Shown in pieces: positions 1 through 9,680 of a stretch of 64,000 nucleotides of DNA. Under the pieces are notes generated by a model. The model had not been told where the DNA came from. It did not search any database and worked only from the letters and a program-made list of their open reading frames with translations. Numbering within the stretch: the first letter of the stretch is position 1; each line of letters begins with the position of its first letter. Both the position numbers and the translations under genes were made by a program. The DNA is from an uncultured Gammaproteobacteria bacterium (lineage in GTDB: Bacteria; Patescibacteriota; Microgenomatia; UBA8517), in NCBI GenBank assembly GCA_964599625.1, contig CAZRGC010000001.1, forward strand, positions 244,959 to 308,958, given 5' to 3'.

Positions 1-1
1 G

Positions 2-724
2 CATGGCATCTTGGAACCTTTGGTAGTTGCCAAGACTCCTGCTGGATTCCAACTTATTGCAGGTGAACGAAGATGGAGAGCCTCCAAACTTGCAGGTCTT
101 ACCCATGTCCCTGCAATCATAAGAGAAACTTCGCCAAAGGGAATGTTGGAAATGGCTTTGGTCGAAAATGTCCAAAGAGTTGACCTAAACCCCCTCGATA
201 GAGCCAAGGGCTTTGAGAGACTTATGAATGAATTCGGCCTCACAACCAGCGAAATTGCTGTCAGGATTGGTAAGTCTGTAGCTTATGTCAGTAATTCATT
301 AAGACTCCTTTCGCTTCCGGATGCTCTAAAAGACGGACTTTTGTCGGGTTTGATTAGCGAAGGTCACGCTAGGGCACTTGCAGCAATTGACGACAGTAAC
401 TTGATGATTGAAGCCTACAAGATAATTCTTCGCGAAAGTGGTTCAGTAAGACGGGCGGAGGAGTTGGCAAGAAGAATGAAGGTTAAATCCCAACAGGTAA
501 CAAAAGCCCCAACCGAACACATGAGGGTTATTTCTGAAGAAATTGACAAGATGCAGTCAGATATGGAACATGCCTTTGTAAATGGTGATCCGGACAATGC
601 TAAGAAATCGACAGTTAAACTTATAAGATCCAGGCGTGAAACCAGAGTTTTGTTTATTTTTAAAGGCGGCCTAGACGAAACAGAGGATAAACTTCAGAGA
701 ATCTACAAAGCGGTAACCGAATAA
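2..724 (+). CDS. parB: ParB/Spo0J chromosome partitioning protein (5' partial)
   Basis: LIAGERRWRA and ALVENVQRVDL motifs plus an HTH; the frame is open to the window edge (HGILEPL). Confidence 0.95.
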   Translation, partial: HGILEPLVVAKTPAGFQLIAGERRWRASKLAGLTHVPAIIRETSPKGMLEMALVENVQRVDLNPLDRAKGFERLMNEFGLTTSEIAVRIGKSVAYVSNSLRLLSLPDALKDGLLSGLISEGHARALAAIDDSNLMIEAYKIILRESGSVRRAEELARRMKVKSQQVTKAPTEHMRVISEEIDKMQSDMEHAFVNGDPDNAKKSTVKLIRSRRETRVLFIFKGGLDETEDKLQRIYKAVTE

Positions 725-785
725 AAGGGAGCTTTCAAATTGTTGCTAAATCGTTAACCGAATTTTTGATCTGGAATTTTGCGCT

Positions 786-1346
786 TTAGATCGAAGAATA
801 TACGGGAAGTTTTACGAATCTGGCATTCTTTATTGGCCAGTATGCAACCCAGGCTTTGCCGCTAATATCCTTTTTGGTAATCGGACCCCAAGCTCTAGAA
901 TCTGAGGAGTGCGGTCTATTGTCTCCCATTGTAAAATACTTTCCTTCGGGAACTGTATAGGTTGTGCCCTCCGGGAGGAAAAATCCATCATTTGTAAACA
1001 AATCGCTTGCAAGATAGGGTTCATCCAGAAGATTTCCATTAATATACACATGACCTTCTTTTATCATTACTGTTTCCCCGGGAAGTGCAATCACCCTTTT
1101 AATGTATTCGTCGGTTTCCGAAACGGGTGGTGTAAACACAACTACGTCGCCTCTTATTGGATCTCTTCTATAGTATGTGACCTTTTCCGTAAGAATATAT
1201 TCCGCGTCAGGGAAATTGGGATGCATTGATTGGCCCTTGATTTTGTGAGGCCTCATGATAAGCAGGTACACAAAAAAGAATATACCTACTGCGAAGACGA
1301 CTACTTCCAAAATATCAAGAAAAAAAGCGCCGAGTTTTCCAAACAT
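786..1346 (-). CDS. lepB: Signal peptidase I
   Basis: GQSMHP catalytic Ser, YIKRVIALPGE Lys, MGDNRPHSSDSR box. Confidence 0.96.
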   Translation of the reverse strand: MFGKLGAFFLDILEVVVFAVGIFFFVYLLIMRPHKIKGQSMHPNFPDAEYILTEKVTYYRRDPIRGDVVVFTPPVSETDEYIKRVIALPGETVMIKEGHVYINGNLLDEPYLASDLFTNDGFFLPEGTTYTVPEGKYFTMGDNRPHSSDSRAWGPITKKDISGKAWVAYWPIKNARFVKLPVYSSI

Positions 1347-1423
1347 AGTTAATTATGTTTACTTTTCTAGCAAAATACAAGTATATAGGGATTTGTGGAT
1401 GGTACGTGATAAAATATGCCTAC

Positions 1424-1497
1424 GGACGACTAGCTCAGTTGGTTAGAGCGTTGCATTCACATTGCAAAGGTCGCTGGTTCGAGTCCAGCGTCGTCCA
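1424..1497 (+). tRNA. tRNA-Val(CAC)
   Basis: GGACGAC/GTCGTCC acceptor stem, anticodon arm TTGCA-TTCACAT-TGCAA, GGTTCGAGTCC T arm; CCA not encoded. Confidence 0.95.
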
Positions 1498-1543
1498 CAA
1501 TTGGGTTGTTGTTTTTTGTTACTGAGGATATACTGAAAAAGAC

Positions 1544-4500
1544 GTGATCTCCCCATTCAAATATTTTAAAACTACCCATTCGCGCCTTTTTGCTTTATTT
1601 CTGGTGTTTGTTTTTCTTGTTGCCGGACTTTACACAAAGTTTTTTCAAAATAAACTTCAGACCGAGGCCGGGTACCAATCTCCACAAATCTTTGTTTATG
1701 GCGGTGAAAACAGTTTTAGTGCAGGTGGCCTTATATCCTTGGCATCTACCGACGAGGCTGCGGTCCAGGTGGGAGGTTATAACATTTCGGGAAGCGCAGT
1801 TATCGATGTATACAAAGCCAACAAAGACCTACTTTTGGATTATTTGATTCACGACAAAGAAGGCAAGCAAGTAAAATCCAAGCCTGATGTTTCCAAGTTG
1901 GAGTTTGTTGGAACCACAACTCATAACATAAATACGGGTTCGTATGAAGGATCAAAAGTTCCTCTGCCTTTGTCGGAAACTGGTATTTGGTATCTCAAAG
2001 TCAAAATTGGAAATGTAAATACTGACGCCTTTGTGCTTAGGACGGGATTTGGTGTCTTAGCTAAAGAAGGTGACAATGAGTTTGTTTTTTGGGGTCAGGA
2101 CTTTAAAACCAAAAGAAGTATCGGATCTGGAACGATTAGTGTTTTGAATCTTAAAGATTCGGTATCCAGCCTTTATCAGACAGATTTTGATAATAGTGGG
2201 TTGGCCCGAGGTAATATTTCGGAAAATGCCGACATTGCTTTGGCGCAATTTGGCGAACAACTGGCAGTTGTTCCTTTGAATCTTAAATACTTAAACGTCG
2301 CTTCATACAAATCATATGTAGAAAAAGCCAGGAATACAAACTACTTTGTATTTACTGACAGGCCTTTATATAGTCCTGGTGATAAAGTGTTTTTCAAAGC
2401 TGTTATCAGAAACGACGACGACGCGCGTTACACGATTCCCTCCGGAAGTGCCAAAGTAAAAATATCTTCGGGCTGGGGGGAAGAAGAGTTTGTTTTAGAG
2501 AAAAACTACCCCATATCCCCCGACGGAACAGTATCCGGTGAGTACAGCATACCCGCGGATGCAAAACTGGGTTGGTACAACATGCAAATTAGTACAGGTG
2601 AATCGACGACTGTTAATTGGGGCGAGTCACATTGGTACAACGGCAGTGTTAGCTTTGATGTCCAGTTTTATCAAAAACCAGAGTATTCTGTTGACGTTAC
2701 TACACCAAAAACAGAGCTTGTCGCGGGAGATATGGCTGCGTTCACAATAGAGGGTAATTATTTTTCCGGACAACCCATGAGTGGCCAAAAGGTCAAATAC
2801 AGAGTGGCAGCCTCTGATTATTACGACTACAACTACTTTAGCGATGCTTCTTCCTTGCGATCTGCAATTTCGTCTGAATATAGATATGGTTACTACGGAT
2901 CTCATACAGTTTTGGAAGGGACAACGGTGTTAGACAAAAACGGCAGAAAAGATATCGAATTTGAAACGAAGATGGACTTTAATAGCGGCAAAAGTCAGGT
3001 TTTCACTATAGAAACAACTCTTGAGGACAACTCTCAAACACCGTCTTTTGCCAGAAGAAACGTTTTGGTTTACGCAGGTCGATACGGGATTTACAGGACC
3101 GATTACTCATACGGAAGTAAAGTAAACACAAAGCTCGATCTTCCTGTGCGTCTTTATGCCTATGATCAGGATGCAAGTTTGGGGAATGTGCAACTGGTTG
3201 GGAAAGTGCACTGGGAAACTTGGGAAAAGTACACTGATCCAAATCAGAAATATCCTCAGTACAGAAAAGTTGAGTCAGATCTGTCTGATATTAAAGCCAC
3301 AACCGATTCGTCTGGCAAAGCGATTTTAAGTTTCGTCCCTGAAAAATTGGGTTATTACAGAATTACTGTTCAGGGCAAAGATTCCAGAGACAATCTTATT
3401 GCTAACACATTCTATTCATACGTCACCGATCAAGATCAGCCCGCCTTTACCCAAGGCGGTGGAGAAGAAATAACTGTCAGTGCTGACAAGCAGGTGTATA
3501 ACCCGGGTGAAACTGCAAAACTAGCAATTTATTCAAAAACACCAGATAGAGATGTGTTTCTTTCGATGGAACGCGGTAGGGTAAACAGGTTTCAGGTTTT
3601 GCATCTAAATGACAATAAATCAACTATAGACATGCCTGTTTTGGATACCGACATCCCAAATATCTTTGCCAAGGTGTCATCTTTTGCGGCTTCGGCACTT
3701 GATTCCAATTCCATAAACATTAAAGTCTCAACTCTCAGCAAAAAAGTAATAGTAGATCTGAACTTTGATAATAAAAAATACGCGCCGGGTGATGATGTAA
3801 ACGTAAAAGTAACAACAAAAGACGGCCTTGGTCAGCCTGTTTCTGCAGACGTTGCACTCTGGGCTGTAGACAAGGCCATATTCGAACTTTCAGACAATAC
3901 ACTGGGGGATATATTCGAAAACTTTTGGAATGAAAGAGGAAACACAACTCAGGAAGATCACTCGCTGGAAGGAATTGTTGCCTATAGCGCAGAAGGTGGA
4001 GGATGCTTCTTGCCCGGTACAAAGGTGCTTATGGCTGACGGAAGTCAAAAAAATATTGAGGATGTCAAAAAGGGTGATTTGGTGCTTACCCGTTCGTCCG
4101 AAGCAAACGACAAATTGGTAAAAGCAAAAGTTTTGTCTACCACAAAAGCCCGTGAGTCAGGTTATTTAACAATAAACGGCACCCTCAAAGTGACTCCTAA
4201 TCATATAATTTGGGCCAATGGTGTCTGGAGAGAGGCGGGAAGTATTGAACTGGGAGACACTCTCAGAAATTCCCAAAATCAGAATGTTTTGGTTTACTCC
4301 AAAGAATGGCAAAGATACACCACGGATGTATACAATTTGAGCGTAGAAAAATACCACACTTATTTTGCAGATGGAGTCTTTGTTCACAACCAAAAAGGTG
4401 ACGCCAGAAGTACGTTTAAAGACACTGCGTACTGGAATCCCAGTATCAAAACAAACGCAAGCGGTGTCGCAAACGTCACTTTCAAACTTCCGGATAATTT

Positions 4501-6667
4501 GACAACATGGACAGTTGCTGCTGTTGCCAACACAACCGACACCAAAGTGGGTCAGACAACCAGCGAAATTGTGGTTACCAAAGACGTGATAGTGAGACCG
4601 ATATTGCCCAATATAATGAGGCTTGGTGACAACATAGTTATATCTGCATTGATACAAAATTCTACAGATGCTGATAAAAACTTTGACATAGACCTGAAGT
4701 TTGACTCGGGTGAGGTGCTTTCAAGATCGTTCAAAAATGTTCAAGTTGGTTCGGGTAGCGTTGAACGTTTTGCTTGGGAGATAAAACCCTCCAAGGAGTC
4801 AGAGGGTTCCAGTCTGGAGATTTCCGCCAAAGCCACAGATAATTCAGAAGCTCAGGACACAATTATTTCCAAAGTTGCAGTGATCCCTTTTGGATTTTTT
4901 GAGAATTTTGCAGAAACTGGCGAGGGCAATAAAAATTTTAAGGTCAGTCTATCTTCAAATATATCCAAAACAAAATCAGATATCAGATTGTCGCTTTCAC
5001 CTTCGATATTGGGAACTTTGCCAACAGCAATGAAATATTTGGTGAATTATCCGTATGGTTGTACAGAACAGATAACCAGTCGGTTTGTACCCGCAATTAT
5101 TGCCAAAGCAAATCAACAGCTATTTTCTGAAGCGCTCCAAGACAAAGATGTGAATGAAATGATTGAGACCGGTGTTGCCAAATTGCTTAATTCTCAGATG
5201 GGTAATGGCGGGTGGACCTGGTGGTTTACGGGCAACGCAGATCCGTTTATCACTTCATACGTTGCTGAATATTTGTCATATGCAAACAAACTTGGATATA
5301 AAGTTGATAAAAATGCGATGAATAGGGTTAAGGGGTATTTGGCAAGCAAGACCTATTATGACTACAAACAGCAGAAAGAAGTTAGTTTTACTGACGCCGA
5401 GTTAACTGCCAAAAATTACGGGCTCGTGATGTTGGGAGAAACGAAAAATTTGTCCAAAGTAAATTTGGATAACCTTCAACCGGACATGTTGGCATTGGCT
5501 GTTATTGTAAACTCAATGTCCGGCAACAAAAATTCCGCAACAAACGGTCTGGATAAACTTATTTCAATGGCTCAAGTTCAGGGCGACACTGTTTATTGGA
5601 ACGAAGGTGACAAAGTTAATTTTGGATCAAAAGACGCCTCGACTGCTTTTGCGATAAGGGCAATAATTGCCTCCGGCGGAGACCGTGAATTAGCTGTAAA
5701 GGCGGCCAGATATTTAGTAAGAAACAGAAAGTCTGATTATTGGTCTAACACTTTTGCAACGGCACAGGTTGTGCGCGCGCTCACAGATCTCTCTAAAACA
5801 GCAGGCGAAGCAAACCCAAGTTTCCTTTACACGGTTACAATGGACGGAAAAGAGTTGGCAAATGGGCAAGTTAAAAATGTCAAAGATACAATTGAAGACA
5901 TTGTGATTGATCCGAACAAAATAAACCAAAAAGGTTCGGATATCAAAATTGTAATGGAAGGCGAGGGTCAGCTTTATTCCACATTGGTTTCCAAATTGTT
6001 TGTCACAGATACAAAAGCAGAACCTGTCAAAAACGAACTTTCAATCAAACGCGAATATATTAACGAGAAGGGCGAAGAGTATGCATTGGCCGTTGGGGAC
6101 AGTGTTGTTGTCAAGCTAACAGTAACAGGTCCGCAGGCGCCAGAGCGTTACGGTGCAATTACAGATGAGCTGCCGTCTGGAATGGTCCCTGTTAACCCTG
6201 GTTTCAAAAACGAACAATACGGGGAAAGCCCGCTGCCAAAGTACTTCTCCTCCTCTTATGTCACTGGAATGGATGTGACCCAAAATGGCGCAGTGCTCTC
6301 TTTGTACACAATAGAGCCTGGTGTAAGTACCTACACATATCGCGCTAGAGTTGTGAGTGCAGGAAAATTCACAGTTCCTCCTGCAACAGTTTCGCTAATG
6401 TACGCACCGGAAATATATGCCAGAACTGGCGTGCAGGTGGTGACAATTGCCAGTGAATCCAAACTGATACCTGCAGCAGCATTGGGAGTTTTTCTTAAAA
6501 AATATGTGGTAAGCATTGTAATTGCAGTGCTGGGAATGATTGGTGTTATATCCCTGGTCATAAAAGCCAAAAAGACAGGGTTTAGTCTAGCCAATCTAAA
6601 AACCAGACTCGCAAAGATCTTCAATAAAAAAAACGACCACCCGCCCATAACCCCTGACGTTCAATGA
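1544..6667 (+). CDS. Alpha-2-macroglobulin family thioester protein with an internal Hint domain and N- and C-terminal TM segments
   Basis: FTDRPLYSPGDKV MG motif, FKLPDNLTTW, YPYGCTEQ thioester motif (5060-5071), C-terminal A2M-type region; hydrophobic stretches at both termini. Confidence 0.93.
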   Translation: MISPFKYFKTTHSRLFALFLVFVFLVAGLYTKFFQNKLQTEAGYQSPQIFVYGGENSFSAGGLISLASTDEAAVQVGGYNISGSAVIDVYKANKDLLLDYLIHDKEGKQVKSKPDVSKLEFVGTTTHNINTGSYEGSKVPLPLSETGIWYLKVKIGNVNTDAFVLRTGFGVLAKEGDNEFVFWGQDFKTKRSIGSGTISVLNLKDSVSSLYQTDFDNSGLARGNISENADIALAQFGEQLAVVPLNLKYLNVASYKSYVEKARNTNYFVFTDRPLYSPGDKVFFKAVIRNDDDARYTIPSGSAKVKISSGWGEEEFVLEKNYPISPDGTVSGEYSIPADAKLGWYNMQISTGESTTVNWGESHWYNGSVSFDVQFYQKPEYSVDVTTPKTELVAGDMAAFTIEGNYFSGQPMSGQKVKYRVAASDYYDYNYFSDASSLRSAISSEYRYGYYGSHTVLEGTTVLDKNGRKDIEFETKMDFNSGKSQVFTIETTLEDNSQTPSFARRNVLVYAGRYGIYRTDYSYGSKVNTKLDLPVRLYAYDQDASLGNVQLVGKVHWETWEKYTDPNQKYPQYRKVESDLSDIKATTDSSGKAILSFVPEKLGYYRITVQGKDSRDNLIANTFYSYVTDQDQPAFTQGGGEEITVSADKQVYNPGETAKLAIYSKTPDRDVFLSMERGRVNRFQVLHLNDNKSTIDMPVLDTDIPNIFAKVSSFAASALDSNSINIKVSTLSKKVIVDLNFDNKKYAPGDDVNVKVTTKDGLGQPVSADVALWAVDKAIFELSDNTLGDIFENFWNERGNTTQEDHSLEGIVAYSAEGGGCFLPGTKVLMADGSQKNIEDVKKGDLVLTRSSEANDKLVKAKVLSTTKARESGYLTINGTLKVTPNHIIWANGVWREAGSIELGDTLRNSQNQNVLVYSKEWQRYTTDVYNLSVEKYHTYFADGVFVHNQKGDARSTFKDTAYWNPSIKTNASGVANVTFKLPDNLTTWTVAAVANTTDTKVGQTTSEIVVTKDVIVRPILPNIMRLGDNIVISALIQNSTDADKNFDIDLKFDSGEVLSRSFKNVQVGSGSVERFAWEIKPSKESEGSSLEISAKATDNSEAQDTIISKVAVIPFGFFENFAETGEGNKNFKVSLSSNISKTKSDIRLSLSPSILGTLPTAMKYLVNYPYGCTEQITSRFVPAIIAKANQQLFSEALQDKDVNEMIETGVAKLLNSQMGNGGWTWWFTGNADPFITSYVAEYLSYANKLGYKVDKNAMNRVKGYLASKTYYDYKQQKEVSFTDAELTAKNYGLVMLGETKNLSKVNLDNLQPDMLALAVIVNSMSGNKNSATNGLDKLISMAQVQGDTVYWNEGDKVNFGSKDASTAFAIRAIIASGGDRELAVKAARYLVRNRKSDYWSNTFATAQVVRALTDLSKTAGEANPSFLYTVTMDGKELANGQVKNVKDTIEDIVIDPNKINQKGSDIKIVMEGEGQLYSTLVSKLFVTDTKAEPVKNELSIKREYINEKGEEYALAVGDSVVVKLTVTGPQAPERYGAITDELPSGMVPVNPGFKNEQYGESPLPKYFSSSYVTGMDVTQNGAVLSLYTIEPGVSTYTYRARVVSAGKFTVPPATVSLMYAPEIYARTGVQVVTIASESKLIPAAALGVFLKKYVVSIVIAVLGMIGVISLVIKAKKTGFSLANLKTRLAKIFNKKNDHPPITPDVQ
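4004..4390 (+). other. Hint (BIL/intein-like) domain of 129 aa with no endonuclease, in the A2M bait region
   Basis: GGG|CFLPGTKVLMADG, block B TPNH, VYNLSVEKYHTYFADGVFVHN|Q. Confidence 0.93.
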
Positions 6668-7572
6668 GAAAAGTGCAATCACTTTTCTCCACCTCCAGTG
6701 TGAAAAAGGTGGCGGCCTTTGTTATTTTTTTAATCATCATTTTTTGCGTTCCGTATTTTTTGGTTCAGGACAAAAAAGCGTTTACTCAGGAAAAAAAGTA
6801 TAACCAAATAATATATTTTGATCAGGAGGAATTTACGAAAGGTATTTCCAAAGCAGACAAACCCATAGAACCAAAAGACTATGCAATAAGGGGTGGTGTT
6901 GTTCCCCATCATCTTTTGGCGGGATATATAATTGCTGATTTTTTTCAGAAGTTGGCATATCAAAAACCCGGCACAATAATTTTGGTTGGGCCAAACCATT
7001 TGGAAGCAGGTGAATATAAAGTTTTATCCGGCACAAACTCTTGGAATACACAGTATGGCGTTATTGATGTCAACAAAAAAATTGTGGGAGATTTGGTGGA
7101 GAAAAATCTTGTGCAAATTAATGATAAAGTGTTGGAAGAAGACCAGTCGGTGTCCGCCCCCATGACCTTCATCGCATTTTTTATGCCATATGTAAAAGTT
7201 GTACCTTTGCTTCTGAGTTCACGGATGACAAATGATGATTTGATTAGTCTTTCAGACTCCCTCGGCGATTTGTTAAAAGATGAGAAAACTGTATTGGTGT
7301 CGTCGGTAGACTTTTCTCACTATCTAAGCTTTGACGAGGCTCAGGCGCGCGACTTGGAATCTATTACTTCAATCAAAAAATTCGGGTGCCAGAAACTACT
7401 TACTTATGATAGCCAACACATGGATTCTCCTGCTTCGATATGTACTCTTTTATATTCAATGTTAAATATAGGAGCCACAAATATAGAAGTGGACACACAC
7501 GACAATTCTGCAAACATCCAAAAGTCACAAAAAGATAACACCACAAGTTATTTTTCTATATATTTCCACTAA
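6664..7572 (+). CDS. AmmeMemoRadiSam system protein B (Memo-like) with an N-terminal TM anchor
   Basis: GGVVPHH, LVGPNH and SSVDFSHY motifs; ATGA overlap with the A2M stop. Confidence 0.85.
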   Translation: MRKVQSLFSTSSVKKVAAFVIFLIIIFCVPYFLVQDKKAFTQEKKYNQIIYFDQEEFTKGISKADKPIEPKDYAIRGGVVPHHLLAGYIIADFFQKLAYQKPGTIILVGPNHLEAGEYKVLSGTNSWNTQYGVIDVNKKIVGDLVEKNLVQINDKVLEEDQSVSAPMTFIAFFMPYVKVVPLLLSSRMTNDDLISLSDSLGDLLKDEKTVLVSSVDFSHYLSFDEAQARDLESITSIKKFGCQKLLTYDSQHMDSPASICTLLYSMLNIGATNIEVDTHDNSANIQKSQKDNTTSYFSIYFH

Positions 7573-7587
7573 TGTTAAAATAATTAG

Positions 7588-8280
7588 ATGAAGAACAAGT
7601 TTTTAGGTTTATCAATTGTTGCAGCTTGGACAATTTCAATCGGAATAGGTGTGTATTCCATATTTTCTGCAACTCCATTGAATGTCATAAAGTCACCAAC
7701 AATACTAACCAACCTTCTTCAGAGAGTTACGGGAATAGTGGCGTTTATTCTACTTTTTTATCAGATATTGTTTGGGGCTTTTATGCCGTATCTTGCAGAA
7801 AAAACTGGAGGCATTATCTACAAGATCCATATTTATCAAGGCGTTTTGATATACACATTGATCTTGGCTCATCCTGTTTTCTTCCTTCTGTTTAATCATT
7901 TTGCCGGCAGGGGAGTGGATCCTTATTACGTTTTTAGTCAGGTTTGTTTCATATGCCAAAGCAAAGGGGAGGCTTACTACACATTTGGAAGAATTTCTTT
8001 CTGGTTAATAAACATAACTGTTTTTGCGGGTCTTTTTAGAACAATCAATCATTTTATGAGGGTTAATTGGAAGAAGTTCCATTTGTTGAATTACCCGGTT
8101 TTTGTTTTGGTGGGTATTCATGGTTACTTTGTGGGAAGTGATTTTTCTACTCAGCCATTTTTTGGCATGGCAATTTTGTTTTCTTTAGTATTTATGTTTG
8201 TACTTATCAAGAAAGCTCCGGAGTTATTTGCAGATTTTATGAAGTGGTTAAAAAGAGTTGATCGGGTACCGGTCACTTAA
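7588..8280 (+). CDS. Ferric reductase-like transmembrane (heme b) protein
   Basis: About 6 TMs with spaced His (KIHIYQG, LAHP, WKKFHLLNY, GIHG). Confidence 0.75.
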   Translation: MKNKFLGLSIVAAWTISIGIGVYSIFSATPLNVIKSPTILTNLLQRVTGIVAFILLFYQILFGAFMPYLAEKTGGIIYKIHIYQGVLIYTLILAHPVFFLLFNHFAGRGVDPYYVFSQVCFICQSKGEAYYTFGRISFWLINITVFAGLFRTINHFMRVNWKKFHLLNYPVFVLVGIHGYFVGSDFSTQPFFGMAILFSLVFMFVLIKKAPELFADFMKWLKRVDRVPVT

Positions 8281-8299
8281 TTTCAAAATGTGACCGGTA
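8258..8299. repeat. 42-bp hairpin repeat, copy 1 (likely terminator)
   Basis: GTACCGGTCAC-N13-GTGACCGGTAC inverted repeat; identical to 9623-9664. Confidence 0.9.
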
Positions 8300-8311
8300 C
8301 TCCGTATCCGA

Positions 8312-8860
8312 TTATGGCTGATTGTAAAACCGATAGCCGGTGACTTCACCTTTTTTGTTCACGATTAGAACAATGTTTTGGGCTCCGTCAAAGCTTTGGT
8401 ACTCTCCGATATTATCGGGGTGATAAATATAAACGTTACCCGAGGTGTCTGTGAACGTGAGTTCGTAGGTCTCACCAAAGGTTCCGTTGTTTATCCGTTC
8501 GCCTGGTACCAAAACAGGTTGTTCCCATTTGGGTAGGAAGTCTGCTGCACCGGCTTGACCGTATCGGAAGTGGCGCCATTCGTCCATTGTGTAGTCGCAA
8601 TAGTAGTTGTAGACGGTTTCCTCGTCTTCCAGATGCGACTCGCTCCAGCAGTGTGTGTTGTATGCACCTGCGGGTGCATATGAACGTTCCTCGTGATTGT
8701 ATTCAACGGCTTGAATCGTTTCTATGGAAACGCTCATTTCCCACACTTTTGATGTCAGGTTAACATTGACTTCGTGTGTTGCTGAGTTTACGGCGCTTCG
8801 GATCAAAATGGCGATTCCTGCCAGAACCAAGATTACAAAGAATATGTTTCTGAGTTTCAT
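8312..8860 (-). CDS. Membrane-anchored hypothetical protein, paralog 1 of 3
   Basis: N-terminal TM; shares W, P-x-G, Cys pair and F-x-D-x-x-G-x-x-Y with the next two ORFs; GGGAG SD. Confidence 0.85.
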   Translation of the reverse strand: MKLRNIFFVILVLAGIAILIRSAVNSATHEVNVNLTSKVWEMSVSIETIQAVEYNHEERSYAPAGAYNTHCWSESHLEDEETVYNYYCDYTMDEWRHFRYGQAGAADFLPKWEQPVLVPGERINNGTFGETYELTFTDTSGNVYIYHPDNIGEYQSFDGAQNIVLIVNKKGEVTGYRFYNQP

Positions 8861-8937
8861 GGTAACTCCCGAAATCTTGTTAAAAAGTGCTACTGGGGGA
8901 TTTTAGCACAATCTGAAGCTAAAGTCAAACTATAGGG
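8861..8937 (-). promoter_or_regulatory. Accessory-type promoter/leader
   Basis: CCCTATAGT-TTGACT-17nt-TAAAAT, then GCACTTTTTAACA, then GGGAG SD. Confidence 0.75.
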
Positions 8938-8991
8938 TTTTAATGGAAATACCGGTCAAATTGGCTGTCTGGCCGGCATTTCCAAATATTC

Positions 8992-9528
8992 TCACTTAAC
9001 GCTTATGAGAGCGCCCCAAATATTGAAGCCGCCTACATAAACCTCGTCTTCCTTGAAACTGACAAAACGGGCCTGGTCGTAGACCAGCTTTTGGTAGGTG
9101 TTACCTGCTGAGTCCTCGAAATACACCTGCATGAGTGTCTCCAAGCTGTCTTCATCCAGCTTCTCGCCGTTTGCGAGTTGAGCGGTTGGCTCGATGACAT
9201 TTTGGTCATGGTTGTCCAAGGTGACATATCTGGATGTTACCCAGTCCATGTATTCAAAGGTGTAGAGGATATACGCGTCTCCGTTGCAGGAGTCGGGGCT
9301 GATACATTTGCTCTTGTCGTACTCAGTTCGTTTCGAGGTAACCGTTGCGCCTTCGGGCACTTCTTTACCCTGGTCTACCACTTTCTGGTAGGTCAGAACG
9401 CTGTATTGTGTTTTCCAGTAGAAATCTGTGGCATGCATATCCACATATTTCACAGGTAATACAACCGAAAAAAACAAGCCGACAACAACGATTATCAAGG
9501 CACCAATGCCTAAATATTTTTTGTTCAC
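8992..9528 (-). CDS. Membrane-anchored hypothetical protein, paralog 2 of 3 (GTG start)
   Basis: GGAGG SD before GTG at 9528; same motif pattern as its neighbours. Confidence 0.85.
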   Translation of the reverse strand: MNKKYLGIGALIIVVVGLFFSVVLPVKYVDMHATDFYWKTQYSVLTYQKVVDQGKEVPEGATVTSKRTEYDKSKCISPDSCNGDAYILYTFEYMDWVTSRYVTLDNHDQNVIEPTAQLANGEKLDEDSLETLMQVYFEDSAGNTYQKLVYDQARFVSFKEDEVYVGGFNIWGALISVK

Positions 9529-9608
9529 GCAAGCCTCCAAAATTGGAAAATGTGCTAATCGAAGCCTGAATGGTAGCACAAAAAGTGAGCAGTTTGCAAA
9601 CTATAGGG
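9529..9608 (-). promoter_or_regulatory. Accessory-type promoter/leader
   Basis: CCCTATAGT-TTGCAA-18nt-TACCAT, GCACATTTTCCAA, GGAGG SD. Confidence 0.65.
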
Positions 9609-9622
9609 ATATCATATGAAGT

Positions 9623-9664
9623 TTGATCGGGTACCGGTCACTTAATTTCAAAATGTGACCGGTA
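9623..9664. repeat. 42-bp hairpin repeat, copy 2
   Basis: Identical to 8258-8299. Confidence 0.9.
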
Positions 9665-9680
9665 GCCCGTCCGATGATTG

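Noticed and set aside
4004-4390. Canonical selfish intein
   Set aside because: The +1 residue is Gln, there is no endonuclease and the host is an extracytoplasmic protein; a BIL-type Hint domain fits better.
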